A DNA stretch of 64,000 bases from positions 114,285 to 178,284 of the forward strand of contig CALXPN010000003.1 in NCBI GenBank assembly GCA_944390285.1. The letters run 5' to 3'. The position numbers and the translations under genes were made by a program. Shown here one piece after another: positions 49,153 through 60,131 of the stretch. The stretch is from an uncultured Clostridia bacterium. Its GTDB lineage: Bacteria > Bacillota > Clostridia > TANB77 > CAG-508. The notes under the pieces are model-generated. The model was given only the letters and a program-made list of their open reading frames with translations. It was not told where the DNA came from and ran no database searches. The number at the start of each line of letters is the position of its first letter. Within the stretch, counting starts at the first letter, position 1.

Positions 49153-50094
49153 TTATGTAATACAAATTACATCAACTTCATCTTTCAAAAACTTTCTAAC
49201 TTCTTTTAAGCAAAAATCATTGCAAACAACTTTAAATTTAGTATTACTAAAAGGACTACTATCTACCATATCATTAATCCAATCCATAATACTAAAATCA
49301 ACAAAAGGCATTGGAAAAATATATGTATATAAATCATCTTCCTTTTTGCAATATATTTCGTATATGTATCCTTTTACTCTATAAATATCTTCTCCAAATA
49401 TATTAATTATTCTATTTCTCATATAGTCTTCATCTAGAATTTTTTTGAATATTTCCCATATTTCTTTTTGATATATAATTATATAATTCTCGCTAAAATT
49501 TATATTTGCAAATTTTGGATGGTTTAGGAGCCATTCATCCTCTATAAATATAATTGCACCTCTAAAACCGTTTTTATTTCTATCTAATTCTTTATCTATG
49601 TACTTTAGTTCTCTTGGTGTAATATCTTTATGTAGGAAATAGACTATATAAGATCTTTTGTAAAAATCTTCATCATCTTCTTGCCACCATCTTTTTTCTC
49701 TTGACATGACACCAATAAATCTATTACCTCTTTTAGTATAGGTATTTACACTACACCTCCAACTTGGCTCAAAGTACCATCCAGATAATTGTACTTTACA
49801 AGAAACATCACTAATTCTTTCCATTCTCTTTTTATAAGTTTCATTTCTATTTATATTTCTATAGCCTAATCCTATTTTATTTAAATAGCTTTTGCCTTTT
49901 CTTCCTAATACAACTTTTCCATATAATCGTTCTACAAACTCACCCTTTGCTAAACTTGCTAATCTATTTTTATAATAATATTTTGAATCATAAAACAATT
50001 TAACATTTTCATTTGTAATAATTCCATATTCAGCTAAATACATTATAAAATTGAAATCTCTATTCCTTAAACATATCCTCTTTTCTTTTTCCAC
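49153..50094 (-). CDS. hypothetical protein (313 aa), possibly replication-associated
   Basis: ORF with RBS AAAGGAGGGAGGTGA; basic N-terminal region. No confident family assignment. Confidence 0.35.
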   Translation of the reverse strand: MEKEKRICLRNRDFNFIMYLAEYGIITNENVKLFYDSKYYYKNRLASLAKGEFVERLYGKVVLGRKGKSYLNKIGLGYRNINRNETYKKRMERISDVSCKVQLSGWYFEPSWRCSVNTYTKRGNRFIGVMSREKRWWQEDDEDFYKRSYIVYFLHKDITPRELKYIDKELDRNKNGFRGAIIFIEDEWLLNHPKFANINFSENYIIIYQKEIWEIFKKILDEDYMRNRIINIFGEDIYRVKGYIYEIYCKKEDDLYTYIFPMPFVDFSIMDWINDMVDSSPFSNTKFKVVCNDFCLKEVRKFLKDEVDVICIT

Positions 50095-50367
50095 TTAAAT
50101 CACCTCCCTCCTTTTTTACGTTTCTGCCTATCTTCCAACTTACTTCTATGCGACAGAAGACACAAGATTACCATCTTGTGCCTCCAGTCGCCCTTTCATG
50201 TATTTATATGTTTTTTCTGTTATGTACTCCCTACCTATGTACAATTTTTCAGTATTTAAAATATTCGTTTTTCTTTATTCTTAAGTATTTCTGTGTTTAT
50301 TAAAAAGTGTGATTTTTTGAAAGTCCAAAAAGTGTGACTAGTTGGATATTTTAAAATTGATTAATAA

Positions 50368-50991
50368 TCACACTTTTTTAAAATATTCTTTTGGATTTAT
50401 ATTACAAATATTTTGAATATTTCTTTTTTCTCCAATAAATATTTTTATATAATTTTCTCTGTCATTAATTCCTTCTAACATATAGCTTACATACTTAATA
50501 TTATCATCTGTAATCAGTCCACCATAAACAAATCCATTAAAAATATATCTTAAATCTCTATTATCTATATCCCAATTATTTCTTGGTACACTTACTTGTA
50601 CTCTAATAATAACTTCTTTATTAGCAAATAAACCTTTGTACTTTTCTCCTATTGCTTGGCAAGTATTTTCTAATCTTTTATTATTATATGGTGTTCTTAC
50701 TGGTGGCAACAATTCATGTATCTTAATTTTTAAGATTTCATTTGAATATTCACTTTCATACTGACTAATACCATCTTCTTTTCCTGGTAAGGGTTCTTCT
50801 CCTATTAATGGTCTTTTAAATTTTACACATTTATATATTGCATTTCTAAATAATTCTGTTCTGTATAAAACTTGATAAATATTGTGTTCGTTTGCATCAT
50901 CCTGCATATATTCATTTGCAACACTTAAAAACTCACCTAATCTTTTTCTAAAGTTATTTCTATCATATGTTGCAATTCCTCTTTCAAACAT
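50368..50991 (-). CDS. RusA-like Holliday junction resolvase domain protein
   Basis: WDIDNRDLRYIFNGFVYGGLITDDNI fits the RusA catalytic pattern D-x-D-N ... K/R ... DD. Confidence 0.5.
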   Translation of the reverse strand: MFERGIATYDRNNFRKRLGEFLSVANEYMQDDANEHNIYQVLYRTELFRNAIYKCVKFKRPLIGEEPLPGKEDGISQYESEYSNEILKIKIHELLPPVRTPYNNKRLENTCQAIGEKYKGLFANKEVIIRVQVSVPRNNWDIDNRDLRYIFNGFVYGGLITDDNIKYVSYMLEGINDRENYIKIFIGEKRNIQNICNINPKEYFKKV

Positions 50992-51081
50992 TTTTACCTC
51001 CTTCCTAGCTATTTTTATATTATCCTTCCAATTTATATTCCATCACTACTAAATAGCTACATTATTTTCGAACTTTATATT

Positions 51082-51948
51082 CTATAATCTTTTTCCATTG
51101 CATTCCACTCTATAGCACATATTAGATAATCTTGATATTATAGAATCTGTTGTTTTACATACTTTGTTCGGTATGCTTAATCTTTGTTTTAGATCTTCCA
51201 TATTATAATTTGTTGTTATAATAAATGGTAGCTCATTTATCAATCTTTCATTTATAATTGTAAATAATTTAGACAACAACCAATCATTCATTGGTTCTAC
51301 TCCTAAATCATCTATAACTAATAAATCTACTTTTGTATATAATTTTGTTAATTCACTTTCTGTATGATTCTTATAACATATAGCATACTTTTCCACTAAT
51401 TGTGTCAATGTTCCAAATATTACTGGTACATTATTTTTTAATAATTCATTACATATCGCCATTGAAATATGTGTTTTTCCTGTTCCATTTTTTCCTACAA
51501 ATATAATTCCTTTTTTCATATTATTAAAATCCGTTAAAAATTTTTGAGCTGCTAATTTTGTTTTTAGATTTTGCTCGTCTGTAATAAAATTCTCCAAAGT
51601 CTTTTGTTTAAATTGTTTTGTTATAAATTCTGTTCCATAATATTGTTTAATCTTTTTGTTGTATTCTTCTTTTCTATAATTCTCATATTGTTTCATCAAT
51701 TCTTCTTGCAGTTTTTCTTTTGCCTTATTTCTTTCTTCTATTGCCTGTTTACAATCACATTTTTCATTTTCTATAAATACATTTATAGTTTTATTTATTG
51801 GATTTAATATTCCTCTTGGTTTCAAAACTTTATTACAATATTTGCATCTAGTTTCTTTAGGTATATTTGCTTTTATTGGATAACCATTTCGCAAGATTTC
51901 TTCTAAACTATATAAAGTCTTTGATTTTTCCATAACTCTTTTCTCCAT
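51082..51948 (-). CDS. DnaC/IstB-like AAA+ helicase-loader protein with N-terminal zinc finger
   Basis: Walker A IFVGKNGTGKTHISMAI; Walker B DLLVIDDLG; N-terminal CKYCNK...CDCKQ. Confidence 0.7.
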   Translation of the reverse strand: MEKRVMEKSKTLYSLEEILRNGYPIKANIPKETRCKYCNKVLKPRGILNPINKTINVFIENEKCDCKQAIEERNKAKEKLQEELMKQYENYRKEEYNKKIKQYYGTEFITKQFKQKTLENFITDEQNLKTKLAAQKFLTDFNNMKKGIIFVGKNGTGKTHISMAICNELLKNNVPVIFGTLTQLVEKYAICYKNHTESELTKLYTKVDLLVIDDLGVEPMNDWLLSKLFTIINERLINELPFIITTNYNMEDLKQRLSIPNKVCKTTDSIISRLSNMCYRVECNGKRL

Positions 51949-52384
51949 CTTCTACACCTCCTTCTGTTTTTATTTCTTTTTTTAATTCTTTTTCTCTTTC
52001 TATATCCACATTTTTTACATCTTTTGTGGAATCCTTTTTAGTATGTAAGCCTTTCTCCTGTAGATTTTGATACTTATTCCAATTTTTTATTTTATAGCCA
52101 TATTCATCTTGTATAATCATGCTATATTCCTGAAAAATATCTAGTGCATTCTCGATACTTTTCTGATTTCTACCCATATGATGTGCTAATGTTTCTATGG
52201 TAAAAAACTTGTTTTCACTTATTTTTAAATATCCTCCAGATTCACAATTTGCTGCTATTGCTAAACAATTTATAAAAATTACAATAAGCCTATCTCCATC
52301 TTTTTTTCTTTTAATTTGTTTGATTTTTTCATTGTCAAAAAAATTGTTGTAAAACTTAAACCAATATCTTTTTCCTCCTTTCAC
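51908..52384 (-). CDS. phage replisome-organiser/DnaD-like N-terminal domain protein
   Basis: 158 aa, basic, directly upstream of the DnaC-like gene with a 41-nt overlap. Weak family-level resemblance only. Confidence 0.4.
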   Translation of the reverse strand: MKGGKRYWFKFYNNFFDNEKIKQIKRKKDGDRLIVIFINCLAIAANCESGGYLKISENKFFTIETLAHHMGRNQKSIENALDIFQEYSMIIQDEYGYKIKNWNKYQNLQEKGLHTKKDSTKDVKNVDIEREKELKKEIKTEGGVEDGEKSYGKIKDFI

Positions 52385-52420
52385 TAATAATCACCTACTT
52401 TCTTAGTAAAATACTTCTTT

Positions 52421-52660
52421 TTAAAAATTAGAAAAATCATATTTTACTTTTTTCTTTGGTTCTTCTAGACTGTCTTGAATATATTTGTCTAGAATTTCTT
52501 TCGTGAATAGTGTTTTAGATTCAATTTTGTAATATGGTATTTTCTTTTCTCTTACTAATTTACGAATTAGCCAATATGAAATACCCAAATATTCTGCTGC
52601 TTCTACTGAATCTAAAACTCTTTTTTCTTTTGTATTTTCATTTAATTTCTCACTATTCAT
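52421..52660 (-). CDS. xis: excisionase-family (MerR-like HTH) DNA-binding protein
   Basis: VLDSVEAAEYLGISYWLIRKLVREKKIPYYKIESKTLF is the Xis/HTH_17 pattern; divergent from the repressor gene. Confidence 0.6.
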   Translation of the reverse strand: MNSEKLNENTKEKRVLDSVEAAEYLGISYWLIRKLVREKKIPYYKIESKTLFTKEILDKYIQDSLEEPKKKVKYDFSNF

Positions 52661-52766
52661 ACTATCACCTCCTTCTTTATTCTCATTATGCGTACATAAT
52701 ATAATATTTTATTTGTTTTGTAAATACTTTTTTTGAGATTTTTTATGATTATTTTAGTTTTAAATG

Positions 52767-52795
52767 TTTACAAATAGTATTTTATTGTATATAAT
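52767..52795 (+). promoter_or_regulatory. near-consensus sigma-A promoter for the repressor gene (TTTACA-17 nt-TATAAT)
   Basis: tttaca at 52767-52772 and tataat at 52790-52795 with 17-nt spacing; RBS GAGGGGG at 52809 and ATG at 52827. Confidence 0.55.
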
Positions 52796-52826
52796 GTCCT
52801 TAATTAGTGAGGGGGAAATTTTTACA

Positions 52827-53807
52827 ATGGATAAGTTTAATTTTGGTAATCGTTTGAAACAATTGCGTAAATCATATGGTATTACACAAGCACAATTAGC
52901 AGAAAATTTAAATGAAAGAAGGGCTACTTTATCAAATTACGAAAATAAGAATGTGTATCCAGGATTTAATATGTTAATAAAATTGGCTGATTATTTTCAT
53001 GTTTCTGTTGATTACTTAACAGGAAGAACTGATGATTATGAAGTCAATAAACATGATAAAGAAGATACTTTTTATTGGGTTAAAATTTCTAAACCAATAC
53101 CTTATGAAAAAAATAAATATGGAATTTATGCTTTATCTAATGATACTGATATTGAATTTTATGATTTATCAGATTTGAAGAAAAAATATACTAGAATTTA
53201 TTTGCCTTTTTTAGGATGTGCACCTGATGCTAAATCTCATTTAAAAGAATGTTATGATTTTTTATCTGAATTTGGATTTTTAGGTGGTACTGAATATAAT
53301 GACCAGTATTTAAATGTTTCTATGTTTAAAAAACAATGGCCTGGAATTTATAAAATAAACAATGAATTTAATATTTCTACTATGGATTTTTTAGTAAATT
53401 TAGTTATGATGGATCCTAATCTATTTAGTAGTTCAAAAGAAGAAAAGGCTTTTGCTAAAGAGCATTCACTAATGGGCTATAGAGAAACAATTCATGATGT
53501 TGAATATTTAGCAACAGAAATGAAATCATTAGTAACTATTTTTTTACTTTACCCTAGTATATTTATATCTAGAACAAATGAGAAACTTAGAGGTATTAAC
53601 TTCTATTATGATAATTCTTATAAAAGAAGGTTTACTTTTACTTCTCTTCTTTCTTATATGTATTATGAACTAATAGAAGATTATATTAATGGGGATTATC
53701 CTTATAAATGCAATAAATGTAATAAATATTTTTTATCTAGAATAAAGGATAATCCTGAATTACCACATATTTGTGATGATTGTAAAAAACAAGGAGGTTC
53801 ATTATGA
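52827..53807 (+). CDS. XRE/cI-like repressor with C-terminal Cys-cluster domain
   Basis: HTH_XRE block FGNRLKQLRKSYGITQAQLAENLNERRATLSNYENK; C-terminal CNKCNKYF...HICDDCKK. The track ORF starts at 52764 inside the promoter; the start has been moved to the ATG at 52827, which has an RBS. Confidence 0.7.
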   Translation: MDKFNFGNRLKQLRKSYGITQAQLAENLNERRATLSNYENKNVYPGFNMLIKLADYFHVSVDYLTGRTDDYEVNKHDKEDTFYWVKISKPIPYEKNKYGIYALSNDTDIEFYDLSDLKKKYTRIYLPFLGCAPDAKSHLKECYDFLSEFGFLGGTEYNDQYLNVSMFKKQWPGIYKINNEFNISTMDFLVNLVMMDPNLFSSSKEEKAFAKEHSLMGYRETIHDVEYLATEMKSLVTIFLLYPSIFISRTNEKLRGINFYYDNSYKRRFTFTSLLSYMYYELIEDYINGDYPYKCNKCNKYFLSRIKDNPELPHICDDCKKQGGSL

Positions 53808-54289
53808 TAAAAATAATAGAATATGATTCGATCTATGATGAACAAATAAAAGACTTATTAATAGAATTACAAAATTATCTTATTGATATAGATGATTGGC
53901 ATACTCAAATTTTATCAGACAACTATCGCGAAGATTACTTTAAAATGGATTTAGAACTTATTAACAAACAGAATGGAAAAATATTTTTAGCAATTGAAGA
54001 TACTAAAATTATAGGATTAGTTCTTGGTGCTGTAAATCTAAATGATGAAATAGACAAACTAACAAATGATTGTGCTAAAACAGGTAATGTATTAGAACTA
54101 ATAGTTAAAAATTCTTCACGTGGTCATAGCATTGGAAAATTGCTCTTAAAAAAAATAGAAAATCATTTTAAAAGTATTAATTGTAAAAGAATAAACATTG
54201 AAGTTTTTGGTCCTAATAAAAGTGCTTTAGACTTTTATTTAAAGAACGATTACATAGTTAGAGATTATATTGTAAGTAAAAAAATATAA
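53804..54289 (+). CDS. GNAT-family N-acetyltransferase
   Basis: IIGLVLGAV...RGHSIGKLLLKKIE (acetyl-CoA-binding motif A-like); overlaps the repressor stop by 4 nt. Confidence 0.55.
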   Translation: MIKIIEYDSIYDEQIKDLLIELQNYLIDIDDWHTQILSDNYREDYFKMDLELINKQNGKIFLAIEDTKIIGLVLGAVNLNDEIDKLTNDCAKTGNVLELIVKNSSRGHSIGKLLLKKIENHFKSINCKRINIEVFGPNKSALDFYLKNDYIVRDYIVSKKI

Positions 54290-54319
54290 TACTTATTATT
54301 TATAGAAAAGGGTGATTAA

Positions 54320-54820
54320 ATGAAATCTAAATATATTAAACAAGGCATTATTTTTACTATTGATATGATGTTTCTTCCCTTGATTATAACTTTACTTTCA
54401 AATAATTGGGAACCCATAGCTAATTTCAATGATGGATTGCAACGTTTTATTACATATATTGCTATTTATGAGTTTTTAGCCTTTTTAATAAATAAAAATC
54501 AGCTAGACGCTAGGAAAGATAGTTTATTAATCTATATAACTATTTTAAAAGAAACATTATTATTCATTGAAAATCCTGGCTTTACAACTTTAAAAGATAG
54601 CATATTAAATAAAATAAATAAATTGAATGACAAATCATATTATTTCATTCATGAAGATGTATTAAAAGCCGTAAATTTAATAAAATTAGGTATATCTAAC
54701 AATAATTTAACAAATAAAAAAGCTTTTTTAGAAGCTGAATTAATTAATGTAGAACATCACTATGAATCAGAAGGTTTGTCTTGGAATAATACACTTTTAT
54801 TAAAGTTCTTAAAAAAATAA
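54320..54820 (+). CDS. hypothetical protein (166 aa)
   Basis: ORF only; hydrophobic N-terminal segment. Confidence 0.4.
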   Translation: MKSKYIKQGIIFTIDMMFLPLIITLLSNNWEPIANFNDGLQRFITYIAIYEFLAFLINKNQLDARKDSLLIYITILKETLLFIENPGFTTLKDSILNKINKLNDKSYYFIHEDVLKAVNLIKLGISNNNLTNKKAFLEAELINVEHHYESEGLSWNNTLLLKFLKK

Positions 54821-54858
54821 TATGTCTTCCCTACCACATGAAAGGAGGTGATGAAGGT

Positions 54859-56046
54859 GTGGTAGGAAATATCGAAAAACGTGGAGAGAATTCTTACAGA
54901 TTAAGAGTTTCTGGTGGATATACAGGAGAAGGAAAAAGAATTATTTATAAAAAGACAGTTCAAGCAAAAAATAAAAATGAAGCTAGAAAAGAATTAGCAT
55001 TATTTATATCAGAAATAGAAACTGGACAAGCTTTATCTGCTAAAAAGATGCGTTTTAGAGATTATGCTGATTTTTGGATTAACAATTATGCTATTCCAAA
55101 TTTATCTCCTAAGACTTATGAAAGATATAAAAGTATGTTAAAATCAAGAATTCTCCCCTATCTCGGCAACATGTATTTAGACAAAATTCAACCAATGCAA
55201 TTAATGTATTTATATCAAGAATTGAGTGAGGCAACTTATATTAGAAAAAATATCAAACATAAGTTATCTTCAAAAACTGTACTGGAACATCATAGATTAT
55301 TACATACAATGTTACAACAAGCTGTATATTGGCAAATGATTCCATATAATCCTGCATCAAGAGTAAGACCACCTAAAGCTAAAAAGCCAAATATTAATTT
55401 CTATGATGATGTACAAACAATAGCATTAATTAAAGCATTGGAAGGCGAAGAATTAAAGTTTCGAGTCATTATTCTATTAACAATCTTTACAGGATTAAGA
55501 CGTGGAGAAGTTTTAGGATTAGAATGGCAAGATGTAGACTTTAAGAATTCTTCAATCACTGTAAGACAGGCTAGTCAATATGTTTCTTCCATTGGTATCT
55601 ATACAAAAGGTCCCAAAACAGAAACATCAAACAGGGTTATTAGTATCCCTATCTCAATTACTAAACTTTTAAAAGCTTACAAAAGAAAACAGTTAGAACA
55701 AAGATTAAAATTAGGAGACAAATGGCAAAACACAAATCGATTATTTGTGCAATGGGATGGCTCTCCTATGCATCCAGACACAATTACAAAATGGTTTAGG
55801 CAGTTCCTAGAAGATAAAAACTTGCCACATATTACATTTCATGGCTTACGCCATACACATGCAACTTTGCTTATTGCACAAGGATTAGATGTTAAAACTG
55901 TTAGTAATAGACTTGGACATGCTCAAACATCTACAACATTAAATATCTATGCCCATGCGTTTGCGAAAATGGACAGAGAGGCATCAGATAAACTTGATAA
56001 TCTTCTTTATAGAGAAGATACAAAAAAATATTTTAAAGCCAATTAG
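54859..56046 (+). CDS. int: tyrosine-type site-specific integrase
   Basis: C-terminal catalytic box HGLRHTHATLLIAQGLDVKTVSNRLGHAQTSTTLNIYAH and upstream R (TGLRRGEV). The probable start is the GTG at 54859, 10 nt after AAAGGAGG; the track ATG at 54838 lies inside the RBS region. Confidence 0.85.
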   Translation: MVGNIEKRGENSYRLRVSGGYTGEGKRIIYKKTVQAKNKNEARKELALFISEIETGQALSAKKMRFRDYADFWINNYAIPNLSPKTYERYKSMLKSRILPYLGNMYLDKIQPMQLMYLYQELSEATYIRKNIKHKLSSKTVLEHHRLLHTMLQQAVYWQMIPYNPASRVRPPKAKKPNINFYDDVQTIALIKALEGEELKFRVIILLTIFTGLRRGEVLGLEWQDVDFKNSSITVRQASQYVSSIGIYTKGPKTETSNRVISIPISITKLLKAYKRKQLEQRLKLGDKWQNTNRLFVQWDGSPMHPDTITKWFRQFLEDKNLPHITFHGLRHTHATLLIAQGLDVKTVSNRLGHAQTSTTLNIYAHAFAKMDREASDKLDNLLYREDTKKYFKAN

Positions 56047-56280
56047 AGGCTTATCACATAAATTTATACAAAAAATTGAAAGGAAAAAATTCTATGAAAA
56101 ATTATAATAATAAAGAAGTAAATCAAGATATGGCAGTTTCTGCTTAAATACTTTTAATTAATTTCACAATTTTATATTTTACAATTTAAGCAGAAACAAT
56201 TTATTTCAAATAGAATTTAATCAAATATACTTTTAAATATCGAAAATTCAAGGTTTACCAGTAACCTTTTTACATAGATC

Positions 56281-56332
56281 TGTGCCCAAATGGTGCCCAA
56301 TTTATTTTATGTAACTTTTAATGGGCAAAAAT
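56281..56332. promoter_or_regulatory. candidate integrase arm-type sites at the right end (tgtgcccaaa, tggtgcccaattt, inverted atgggcaaaaat)
   Basis: Same GTGCCCAA/T motif as at 33605-33686. Confidence 0.5.
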
Positions 56333-56370
56333 AAAGAGTCCACAATCTCTTGCGACTCTAGTTAAATCTT

Positions 56371-56446
<76 letters not shown>

Positions 56447-56577
56447 ATGTTTAACAGAATTATTTTACTACAGAAAAAATAATTTGTCAACTCCTTTTAT
56501 ATATTTATATGCTTAAAATTTGAAATAATACCTAAATTTATCTAAATATTTATATTTTAAATTCTACTTTATGTATT

Positions 56578-57282
56578 CTATTCCTCTATAAACATAGCTT
56601 TTGCAATATATGGTAAAATTTTTTCAGTACTATACCAACCAGATGGACTTTTTTGTTTTTCTCCATTTGGATTTGATACATATATTTTATTTTTTCCATC
56701 TGTTGCTAAAAGTACCATATAATGTGACTTTTCTGTCCATCTTGTATCAGGTTTGTCCCAAACACAAATTAGAATTGGTTTATTTTCTTCTAAATGTTCT
56801 AATATATAATCTTTTCTAAAATAAATTTCAGAAAAACAGAAATCACTATTTTCTATCCCAATATTTTTTAAAGCATCAGACATATCATCACCATCTAAAT
56901 GTGGACTATATTTTATTCTTAAATCCTCTGGAGTAATATTTTTTCCATATCCACTTGCTATTATAGCTATACAAGTTATACCACAACCATTCTCCTCCAT
57001 TGTTCCTCCCCAATATGCTTTTTGTGCCCAACTAGCATTAGCACCTTGTATATATTCAATATACTCTTTTTTATTTTGTTCCTCTGTTATAAATATGCTA
57101 TTATATCCATCTTTTTCATTCTCTTCTATTTTGCCTATTCCATTATAATTTCTATTAGTAGATTCTCCTATATTAAATTTATAGCTAAAATTCACTTTTT
57201 CTTTCAAAACTAAAAACAATACTAGAATTATAATAACTATTAATAATTTAGATTTTTTTCTTTTACTATCTCTTTTTTTCAT
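56578..57282 (-). CDS. membrane-anchored papain/C39-like cysteine peptidase domain protein
   Basis: N-terminal TM; GCGITCIAIIASGYG resembles the catalytic Cys block of Peptidase_C39-like domains. Weak call. Confidence 0.4.
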   Translation of the reverse strand: MKKRDSKRKKSKLLIVIIILVLFLVLKEKVNFSYKFNIGESTNRNYNGIGKIEENEKDGYNSIFITEEQNKKEYIEYIQGANASWAQKAYWGGTMEENGCGITCIAIIASGYGKNITPEDLRIKYSPHLDGDDMSDALKNIGIENSDFCFSEIYFRKDYILEHLEENKPILICVWDKPDTRWTEKSHYMVLLATDGKNKIYVSNPNGEKQKSPSGWYSTEKILPYIAKAMFIEE

Positions 57283-57504
57283 ACAACTACCTCATATAAT
57301 AAAACTAATATTATTTTACAAAAAAGTTATTAATAATTTATTAATAGTTTATTAATCTTTTCTTAAAAATAAATAGTATAATAGCATAAATGATTTTTAT
57401 AATTATTTACATAATTTTAAATATTTTCATAAAATAGTAGAAATTTACATAAAAACGTGATATAATTATATAGTATTCTAAAAATATCAAAAAGGAGTAA
57501 AAAA

Positions 57505-57861
57505 ATGAATTATGTATTTATAAATTATCCTAAATGTTCAACATGTCAAAAAGCAAAAAAATTTTTAGATAAAAATAATATTAAATATACAGATAGACAT
57601 ATTGTTACAGATACCCCAACATATGAAGAATTAAAAAATATAATTGAAATAAGTGGTCTTCCTGTAAATAAGTTTTTCAATACTAGTGGACTATTATATA
57701 GAAGTATGAATCTAAAAAATGAATTAAAAAGCTTATCAGATGATGAGAAAATTCGTTTACTTTCTAGTAATGGAATGCTTATAAAAAGACCTATTCTTGT
57801 AAACAATAATACTATTTTGGTTGGATTCAAAGAAGAAGAATGGAACAAATTAAAAAAATAG
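57505..57861 (+). CDS. ArsC/Spx-family thioredoxin-fold protein (YffB-like)
   Basis: N-terminal CxxC (YPKCSTCQKAKKFL) and family-like length of 118 aa. Confidence 0.6.
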   Translation: MNYVFINYPKCSTCQKAKKFLDKNNIKYTDRHIVTDTPTYEELKNIIEISGLPVNKFFNTSGLLYRSMNLKNELKSLSDDEKIRLLSSNGMLIKRPILVNNNTILVGFKEEEWNKLKK

Positions 57862-57886
57862 TTCAAATTTTAATTACCCATAAAAT

Positions 57887-57928
57887 ATAAAAACCACTTT
57901 AATTATTATACTAATTAAAGTGGTTTTT
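57887..57928. terminator. bidirectional terminator hairpin
   Basis: aaaaccactttaatta-ttatac-taattaaagtggtttt lies between convergent genes. Confidence 0.6.
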
Positions 57929-57935
57929 ATTATTA

Positions 57936-59420
57936 CTAATTTGTTCTATATATACTATAATTACATATTTGTCCAGAATAATCTAGATTTTCAATTATAA
58001 AATCTCTTATCTCTACTGGTTCTTGCCAAAATACATCTTTTTCATCAGTTACTATTAAAAATTCAGTATTTTTTCTATTTCGTATATCTTCTTTTATTTT
58101 ATTTATTCCATCATATCCTAAATTACCATTAAATAATAAATCATATGCACCATGACTCTGTTTTAAATTTATCATTGGAACTGCTGCATCATATGATAAA
58201 ATCATTACATCTACACCATCTTCATTTCTGTTTTTAATATAATGTTCCATTTTTCTTGATTTCTCTAGTGTTTCATTATATACATACACTCCGAAAAAAT
58301 TGCTGTTTTTGTCATTTATAAATGTAGCATCTGATTCGCTAAAAATATTAAAAATTATTCTAAGTACTAATGCAAAGATTATTCCAATAGTTAACCATTT
58401 AATATTCTCAATATATTTTTCATCTGAAAATAAATTTTCAAAAATTAATATTCCAAATAAATAACATATAAAAATTATATATATAGGCATAACCATAGTA
58501 AAATGTGCAGAATTCATTATAGGATATACAATTAATGTGTTTCCCATTGAAAATATAAATAATAATGTTAAGTTTCTAAATTTTTCATCATCTATAACTT
58601 CTTTTAAAATTGTTTTTCTTTTTATTGCTATGAAAATATATAATCCTAAAACTATAAAAGGTATAAAAGAATAATATCCATATGCTATAAAAACATTATT
58701 ACTTTTTCCAAAATCTAATATTCCACCAAATGCATAATTCAAAAATCCTAATAAGTTACCATCTATATACATATATACTAAAATTAAAATTGTTGGAATT
58801 AAAAAGAAAAGGAATTTTTTAAACTGGTCTAACACAAACTTTTTAGAAAATTTATTTAAATATAATTCATAAACTATTATAGTTATGGCATATATTGCAC
58901 CTAAATTTTGTTTTGTAAAAAATATTAAAAATATCAAAATACCTTGCAAAAAATTATTACTTTTTTTAGATATATATAAATTCAAACCTATAAGTACAAA
59001 TAGCATTGCAAGCATATTATAATTTGCACCTGCTGTCATTATAGAAAATATAAATTCAACTATAAATGCCATATATATTATTAAAAAGTTTTTAGAAACT
59101 TTTAAATTTCTCAGGATTCTATAACATGCAATAAGAATTAGTATATATATTAAAATATTATATAATCTAAATACAAGCATATTTGCACCAAATATATTAA
59201 ACAATATATTTGCTATATAAAAAAATATTGGTGTTATTATAACATTTGCATCTACATATATTTTAAATCCATTACTCATTTTACAAATATTTTGAAAATT
59301 CCATAATTCATCTGCTACTTCTAATCTGTTTAAAAAAACTATATAAATTGCTATAAAAATTATTAAAATTACAAGTACAATATTTTGAAATTTATTTATT
59401 GTTTTGTTCATAAAAAACAA
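57936..59420 (-). CDS. polytopic membrane protein, possible GT-C (PMT/ArnT-like) glycosyltransferase
   Basis: ~11 TM segments over the first ~370 aa plus a soluble C-terminal domain. Family assignment is tentative. Confidence 0.35.
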   Translation of the reverse strand: MFFMNKTINKFQNIVLVILIIFIAIYIVFLNRLEVADELWNFQNICKMSNGFKIYVDANVIITPIFFYIANILFNIFGANMLVFRLYNILIYILILIACYRILRNLKVSKNFLIIYMAFIVEFIFSIMTAGANYNMLAMLFVLIGLNLYISKKSNNFLQGILIFLIFFTKQNLGAIYAITIIVYELYLNKFSKKFVLDQFKKFLFFLIPTILILVYMYIDGNLLGFLNYAFGGILDFGKSNNVFIAYGYYSFIPFIVLGLYIFIAIKRKTILKEVIDDEKFRNLTLLFIFSMGNTLIVYPIMNSAHFTMVMPIYIIFICYLFGILIFENLFSDEKYIENIKWLTIGIIFALVLRIIFNIFSESDATFINDKNSNFFGVYVYNETLEKSRKMEHYIKNRNEDGVDVMILSYDAAVPMINLKQSHGAYDLLFNGNLGYDGINKIKEDIRNRKNTEFLIVTDEKDVFWQEPVEIRDFIIENLDYSGQICNYSIYRTN

Positions 59421-59610
59421 TTAATTCTCCTTCCATCAGTATATACTTATTATACATATAAATTTTTCTTGGTCAATATTAAAAAAAATATTTACACAAA
59501 AAAATTTATGTGTTAATATAAAATAAATGGATATATACTAATTTTTGTTGAAAAAAGTAAAAAAATGGTATATAATATATTTATAAGTATAGTAAAAGGA
59601 GGATTTTATT

Positions 59611-60024
59611 ATGAATAGAAACGTAATCAAGGTTTTGGTAACAATATTACTAGCAATTGTATTAGTAGCTACAACAGTTACTATAGCAAATGCAACATCA
59701 GAATATAAAGCTAGTGAACAAAATGCTAAAGATATGTTCCAAAAAGCTACTGATAGTACTGGTACATCAGACGCTGCTACCTCAATAATTGGAAGTATAA
59801 TTACAATTGTTCAAATTATTGGTGTTGGTGTTGCTATTATCATGTTAATAGTTCTTGCTATCAAATACATATCAGCAGCTCCTGGAGACAAAGCCGAAAT
59901 CAAAAAACATGCCGTTGTTTACGTTGTAGGTGCAATCGTTTTATTCGCTGCAAGTGGTATCTTAGGAATCATTAAAAACTTTGCAAGTGCTTTCAATGTT
60001 GGCAATGAAAATGGTATGGGATAA
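59611..60024 (+). CDS. VirB2/TrbC-like pilin-family protein, orphan 7th paralog
   Basis: IKYISAAPGDKAEIKKHAVVYVVGAIVLFAASGIL: same motif and topology as the six tandem paralogs at 24.6-27.4 kb. Confidence 0.55.
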   Translation: MNRNVIKVLVTILLAIVLVATTVTIANATSEYKASEQNAKDMFQKATDSTGTSDAATSIIGSIITIVQIIGVGVAIIMLIVLAIKYISAAPGDKAEIKKHAVVYVVGAIVLFAASGILGIIKNFASAFNVGNENGMG

Positions 60025-60131
60025 ATTTAGTAAAATTCATAATAAAAGAATGCTTTACCTCAAAAAGTCGGCATTCTTTTATTATTTGGTTTTTATACTT
60101 TTGTATTTTACTTGCTATATTGCAAGTTTTT

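Noticed and set aside
50100-50230. Hairpins (cacaagatggtaatcttgtg; ctgcctatcttcc...) upstream of the 313-aa gene, considered as a riboswitch
   Set aside because: They are short simple stem-loops consistent with a terminator or attenuator for the convergent RusA-like gene and the 5' UTR. No riboswitch family resemblance was recognised.
52764-52826. The track ORF start at 52764 for the repressor, and the ATG at 54838 for the integrase
   Set aside because: The upstream codons overlap a consensus -35/-10 promoter (repressor) or the Shine-Dalgarno sequence itself (integrase). Better starts with proper RBS spacing are at 52827 and 54859.
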